From NCBI GenBank assembly GCA_049606355.1, contig JBMYVL010000010.1, forward strand, positions 54,397 through 86,396: a stretch of DNA of 32,000 nucleotides, read 5' to 3'. Within the stretch, counting starts at the first letter, position 1. Each line of letters begins with the position of its first letter. The translations under genes and the position numbers were made by a program. The notes beneath the pieces are model-generated. The model was not told where the DNA came from. It did no database searches and saw nothing but the letters and a program-made list of their open reading frames with translations. This document shows positions 28,381 to 32,000 of this stretch, in pieces. The DNA is from Opitutales bacterium. GTDB taxonomy: Bacteria; Verrucomicrobiota; Verrucomicrobiia; Opitutales; Coraliomargaritaceae.

Positions 28381-29646
28381 AAAGGCTCCGGCACCATCAT
28401 GACCGGTTTTCCATGGATAGCTGATGGCCGCATCGACGAAGACATAGACCGATCCCGATTTGGAGCTGAGGAAAGCGTCTACAATGGCACGGTTCTCCGC
28501 GGTTTCGATACTGCAGGTACTGTAAACGAGGCGCCCGCCGGGTTTCACGAAGCGACTGGCGGAGTGCAGCAGTTGTAATTGTAGTTTCGCACAAGCCGTG
28601 ATGTCAGTCTCACGCAGGCGCCACTTAACGTCGGTACGCCGCTGAATGACTCCGGTATTGGAGCAGGGTGCATCCAGCATGACTGCATCGTACTGGGCAG
28701 GAAGCTCACGCTCGGTAAAACTGGTGGCGGAGAGTTCGAGTACATCGCTATCGATACGCTCGCAACGCAGGCTCTCACTGCGGATTTTGCCGAGGTTTTC
28801 CTCCAGGCGCTCGACCCGTGTACCCGGCAAATCAACCGCCACAATCAACCCACTTCCTTGCATGGCATGAGCCAAGTCGAACGCCTTTCCTCCGGGGGCG
28901 GCGCACAGGTCGAGCACGGTATCGTTCGCTTTCGGTGCCAGTAATTCGGTCGCGAGGCGCGTCGAGGGATCTTTGATATAGGCCTGTCCCGCATCCAAAT
29001 GCGGGCGTACTTGCTCGAGCCAATTACGGCCGGCAGGTGGTGTGTAAAAGTGTGGCCACTGCGTGGGCGTAAAGGTGTCCGGGAGCGCAACACTCGATTT
29101 GATGTAGGTTTGCGGGATGCGTTGGTTCCATGCCAGGAGTTCGCGGCAGGCGGCTTCGCCATGAGTCGCAAGCCAGTCTGCGACCAGCCATTGCGGGTGG
29201 CTGTATTGTAAGGCGAGGGGACTGTCGGCTGTGAGGGTCGCAAAGGCGGCCGATAATTTGCGCAATAACGCGTTGATGAGGCCTTGTTCGCTGGCGCGGA
29301 GCAAGGTTTTGCTGCGCTCAACGGCATGGTGGATGATCTGCGGGGCCTTTTCTGTGGGGCCGTCATAGAGTTCAAAGCCAGCGACCAGTAGGATCGCTTC
29401 CGCTCGTGGGCGCGGTCGTTTGCGCAGGTGTGCTTGCAGTGCCGCGCGTGTGCGGTGGCCGTGGCGCAGCGCACCAAGGAACAGTGATTGGCAGGTGCTG
29501 CGGACTTCACCGCTTAGGCTCTGCGGGACTTGTTCGAGAAGCTGGTCGGCCTTCTGCGCTTGAGTTAAGTATGCTTCACACAGGCAGACGGCTGCGTCCC
29601 AACCAGATGGCGGGTATTGTGATAAGGTAAACTTAATGCTTCTCAT
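28363..29646 (-). CDS. rsmB: 16S rRNA (cytosine-C5)-methyltransferase, RsmB/NOL1/NOP2/Sun family
   Basis: Has an N-terminal NusB-like region, the SAM motif DLCAAPGGK, and the catalytic Cys motifs DAPCSNTG and YSTCS. Confidence 0.85.
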   Translation of the reverse strand: MRSIKFTLSQYPPSGWDAAVCLCEAYLTQAQKADQLLEQVPQSLSGEVRSTCQSLFLGALRHGHRTRAALQAHLRKRPRPRAEAILLVAGFELYDGPTEKAPQIIHHAVERSKTLLRASEQGLINALLRKLSAAFATLTADSPLALQYSHPQWLVADWLATHGEAACRELLAWNQRIPQTYIKSSVALPDTFTPTQWPHFYTPPAGRNWLEQVRPHLDAGQAYIKDPSTRLATELLAPKANDTVLDLCAAPGGKAFDLAHAMQGSGLIVAVDLPGTRVERLEENLGKIRSESLRCERIDSDVLELSATSFTERELPAQYDAVMLDAPCSNTGVIQRRTDVKWRLRETDITACAKLQLQLLHSASRFVKPGGRLVYSTCSIETAENRAIVDAFLSSKSGSVYVFVDAAISYPWKTGHDGAGAFLLERQ

Positions 29647-29705
29647 TGACGGCGAATTAATTCACGTTCTATCGTTTACGACTTAGAAAAGCATCGCAAA
29701 CAATT

Positions 29706-31568
29706 ATGAACACAGAGGCTATAGACGCACTCATCGCAAATAATCCCAAGCTCATCGGCGCGCGCGCAAAGCTCGAAGCCATGGCTCCGGGGAATTACTG
29801 CCTGCACCGCAGTTGGGGCTTTGGCAAAATCGTCGACTTCGACGAGGCCGCAGCAAAAATCATCATCGACTTCGAAGACGACGGCAAAACCGGCCACGCC
29901 ATGGGTATTGCCTTCTGTGTGGATAAACTCGATGTGTTGAAGCCGAATGACATTCTGGTGCGCTCGCGCACCGAGCCGGAAGTCGTTGAAGCGATGATCA
30001 AGAAGCAGCCGGCCGACCTGATTTGTGAAATTCTGGCGGGTGCGGAAGAACAAACCATGATGGCCTCCGAGATCGAGCGCGTTCTGGCACGTGTGATTGG
30101 GCCGATCAAATACAAGAAGTGGTGGACGGCGACGAAGAAACTATTGGTCAAGGATCCACGCGTTGGTGCGCCCAATAAGAAGACCGAACCGTATATTTTA
30201 CGCGATGAGCCGGTGAAGCCGGAAGAGGAGATTTTGGAGCAATTTCACGCCACCAAAAATTCCAAGGAGAAGATCCTACTCGGTGAAAAACTCTACGCCC
30301 TGTCCGAGAATATTTCGGTGATTCGCGACGAACTCCCTGAGATTCTCGCGGAGTTGACCGATGCGATCCGCAATGCCAAAAGCCTCAGCCAAGCGGACCG
30401 CCTGCACGGTGTGTGGGTGCGCAATAATTTGGCCCGCGATCTGCACGAAGATGTGGAAGCGCTGGAGCCGTCTTCGGCCTCGATTCTCGATGCGACCGAT
30501 GATTATTCCGAACTGGCCGCCGAGTTACCTGCGCAGTATTTCAAACGCTACATCGATTTGATCCGCCGCACCTATGAAGATAAGTGGCAGCAAATGGTCG
30601 AAGATCTGTTGCGCCACTCCAGTGGTAAATTCACCAGTGAGTGTATCAATTTCATGCTCGAGTATGAGCTCAACGATCGCATCGCGTTCTGTCTCGACCG
30701 TTGGTTGAATGATCAAACCATCAAGGGGCCATTGCTCTTTTGGGTGGTCAAGAACCGCAACTCGAAGAAGTACGCTTCGATCATCGATCCATTGGTGACA
30801 CCGCGCCTGCTGTCGGCGATGTTCTACGCGATTGACTACGAAGCCCTACAAAATGCCAGTACCCGCCGGATCCCGCTGGCGGATCTGTTGAGTGATGATA
30901 CCGATTTGATCCCTGATTTATTGGCGGACGCCAATGTCGAGACCGCTCGCGACCTCGCGCAGACCCTACTCCTTAACCAAGGTTTTGAAGATCTGACCAA
31001 AAAGTCGCTGATTGCGCGTTTCATTAAGAAATTCCCCACGATCCAGAGCCTCATCGCCGGTGAAGCCACCGAAAGTGCCGAGGAAGAAGGCTTGATCGTA
31101 TCGCAGGCGAGCTTTGATGCTGCCAAACACGAGTACGAAGACTTGATCGCGACCAAGATCCCTGAGAACAAGGAAGCGATCGCGACTGCGCGCGAGCACG
31201 GAGACCTCAAGGAAAATTCCGAGTACAAAATGGCTCGCCAGGATCAGGACATCCTTTTGTCGCGTAAGAATGAGCTCGAAGTCGACCTCTCGCGTGCCCG
31301 CGTGACTGACTTCACCGATGTCACCAACGACCTCGTCGGGATCGGCAGCATTGTAGAGCTCAAGGAAGGCTCCAGTGGCAAGACGCGCCGTTATTCCATT
31401 CTCGGTGCCTGGGATTCCGATCCCGACAATGACGTGCTTTCTTATAAGACGCCATTGGCGCAGCAGCTACTTGGTAAAACAGCCGGTGAAGTCGTGACCA
31501 CTAAGATCGGTGGCAACGAGGAAGACTGGACGCTGCTCAAGCTTGCCCGTTGGGTCGACGAAAACTAA
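29706..31568 (+). CDS. greA: Long-form GreA-type transcript cleavage factor (about 460-aa N-terminal extension plus a canonical Gre domain)
   Basis: The C-terminal ~155 aa align by eye with E. coli GreA. AIATAREHGDLKENSEYKMARQDQ (nt 31191.. encodes REH) includes the acidic finger-tip residues. It is followed by the FKBP-like domain (GSIVELKE...YSILGAWDSDP...SYKTPLAQQLLGKTAGEVV). The N-terminal extension has no family I recognise with certainty. Confidence 0.8.
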   Translation: MNTEAIDALIANNPKLIGARAKLEAMAPGNYCLHRSWGFGKIVDFDEAAAKIIIDFEDDGKTGHAMGIAFCVDKLDVLKPNDILVRSRTEPEVVEAMIKKQPADLICEILAGAEEQTMMASEIERVLARVIGPIKYKKWWTATKKLLVKDPRVGAPNKKTEPYILRDEPVKPEEEILEQFHATKNSKEKILLGEKLYALSENISVIRDELPEILAELTDAIRNAKSLSQADRLHGVWVRNNLARDLHEDVEALEPSSASILDATDDYSELAAELPAQYFKRYIDLIRRTYEDKWQQMVEDLLRHSSGKFTSECINFMLEYELNDRIAFCLDRWLNDQTIKGPLLFWVVKNRNSKKYASIIDPLVTPRLLSAMFYAIDYEALQNASTRRIPLADLLSDDTDLIPDLLADANVETARDLAQTLLLNQGFEDLTKKSLIARFIKKFPTIQSLIAGEATESAEEEGLIVSQASFDAAKHEYEDLIATKIPENKEAIATAREHGDLKENSEYKMARQDQDILLSRKNELEVDLSRARVTDFTDVTNDLVGIGSIVELKEGSSGKTRRYSILGAWDSDPDNDVLSYKTPLAQQLLGKTAGEVVTTKIGGNEEDWTLLKLARWVDEN

Positions 31569-31592
31569 CTCGCATCGCATCGACGCTTCATC

Positions 31593-31621
31593 AAGGCGCA
31601 CGGTTAAGTGCGCCTTTTTTG
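31593..31621 (+). terminator. Rho-independent terminator after the greA-like gene
   Basis: A 9-bp perfect stem pairs AAGGCGCAC (31593..31601) with GTGCGCCTT (31608..31616). The loop is GGTTAA, followed by a T-run to 31620. An A-run on the 5' side is absent, so it is mainly unidirectional (+). Confidence 0.8.
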
Positions 31622-31665
31622 TTGCGAGGCGAATGGTCACATCAGCCAGTGAAATTCCAATGATC

Positions 31666-32000
31666 CTAGTTCAACAGAAAATCCGCAATGAGCTGTTTCG
31701 CCTCAGTTGAGTAAGTGTTGGCACCATTGACGTGCAGGCTGTGGTTGCCGCCACGGAGTTTGTAATGCTCGACCTGGCCATTCAAATAGCGATAGCGCAC
31801 AAAGACAGGAGAAAAGTCATTGTCGGGATCGGCATCGTTTAGGTTACCGCTAACGCCGCTGGCATCGCTGAGTTGAGTACCGCTCTCGCCCATTGCTTGA
31901 GCGAAGCGGTACGTACTCTCTTGTGCATCCATAAAGGTCGTGCCGACCCCATTGCCACCTGTGTAGGGAATGAGCGGATCTGCATCGCCACTGATTGTTA
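31666..32000 (-). CDS. Alpha/beta-hydrolase (esterase, PHB-depolymerase-like) C-terminal fragment; the 5' end lies beyond the window end
   Basis: The track lists only 31666..31932 from an internal Met. The same frame stays open to 32000 and reads ...TISGDADPLIPYTGGNGVGTTFMDAQ... then ...GGNHSLH... The GDxDxxVP-like Asp region and the GxxH His region are typical of the last third of esterase/lipase folds. Confidence 0.5.
   Translation of the reverse strand, partial: TISGDADPLIPYTGGNGVGTTFMDAQESTYRFAQAMGESGTQLSDASGVSGNLNDADPDNDFSPVFVRYRYLNGQVEHYKLRGGNHSLHVNGANTYSTEAKQLIADFLLN

Noticed and set aside
28845-29510. 221-aa minus-strand ORF in an alternative frame of rsmB
   Set aside because: It overlaps the motif-bearing rsmB frame. 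The translation is Arg/Ser/Pro/Ala-rich and low-complexity, typical of an off-frame artefact.

Overview
The window reads as ordinary, tightly packed core chromosome of a moderately GC-rich Gram-negative bacterium. My guess is a PVC/Verrucomicrobiota-like organism, based only on gene content and on start codons that lack Shine-Dalgarno motifs. I support about 30 protein-coding genes, almost all housekeeping. They cover pyrimidine synthesis (pyrB, pyrC), NAD (nadA), the pentose-phosphate and glycolytic pathways (tkt, PPi-dependent pfk), amino-acid synthesis (hisI, trpD), and the envelope (uxs-like, glmM, uppP, plsX, fabH, BamD-like, LptE-like). They also include translation and RNA genes (rpmF, rsmB, an RluA-family synthase, yicC, a long GreA) and several transporters. 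Two genes are absent from the supplied ORF track. One is a 59-aa rpmF. The other is an edge-truncated yicC. The alpha/beta-hydrolase gene at the right edge appears in the track only from an internal Met and continues past position 32000. I found no rRNA, tRNA, CRISPR array, transposase, integrase or phage gene, and no obvious compositional island. I do not see a convincing multi-gene novel system. The best leads are single-gene architectures and small non-coding oddities: (1) a PD-(D/E)xK nuclease fused to an XPD/DinG-type Fe-S helicase; (2) a 620-aa Gre factor whose first ~460 aa are uncharacterised and may begin with a CarD/TRCF-like RNAP-binding module; (3) an rpmF-plsX-fabH cluster that runs straight into BamD-like and LptE-like genes; (4) an unexplained ~255-bp non-coding spacer with direct repeats upstream of an MFS gene; (5) convergent genes that overlap at their stop codons with no terminators. 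All family assignments come from motif recognition by eye and need profile searches to confirm.
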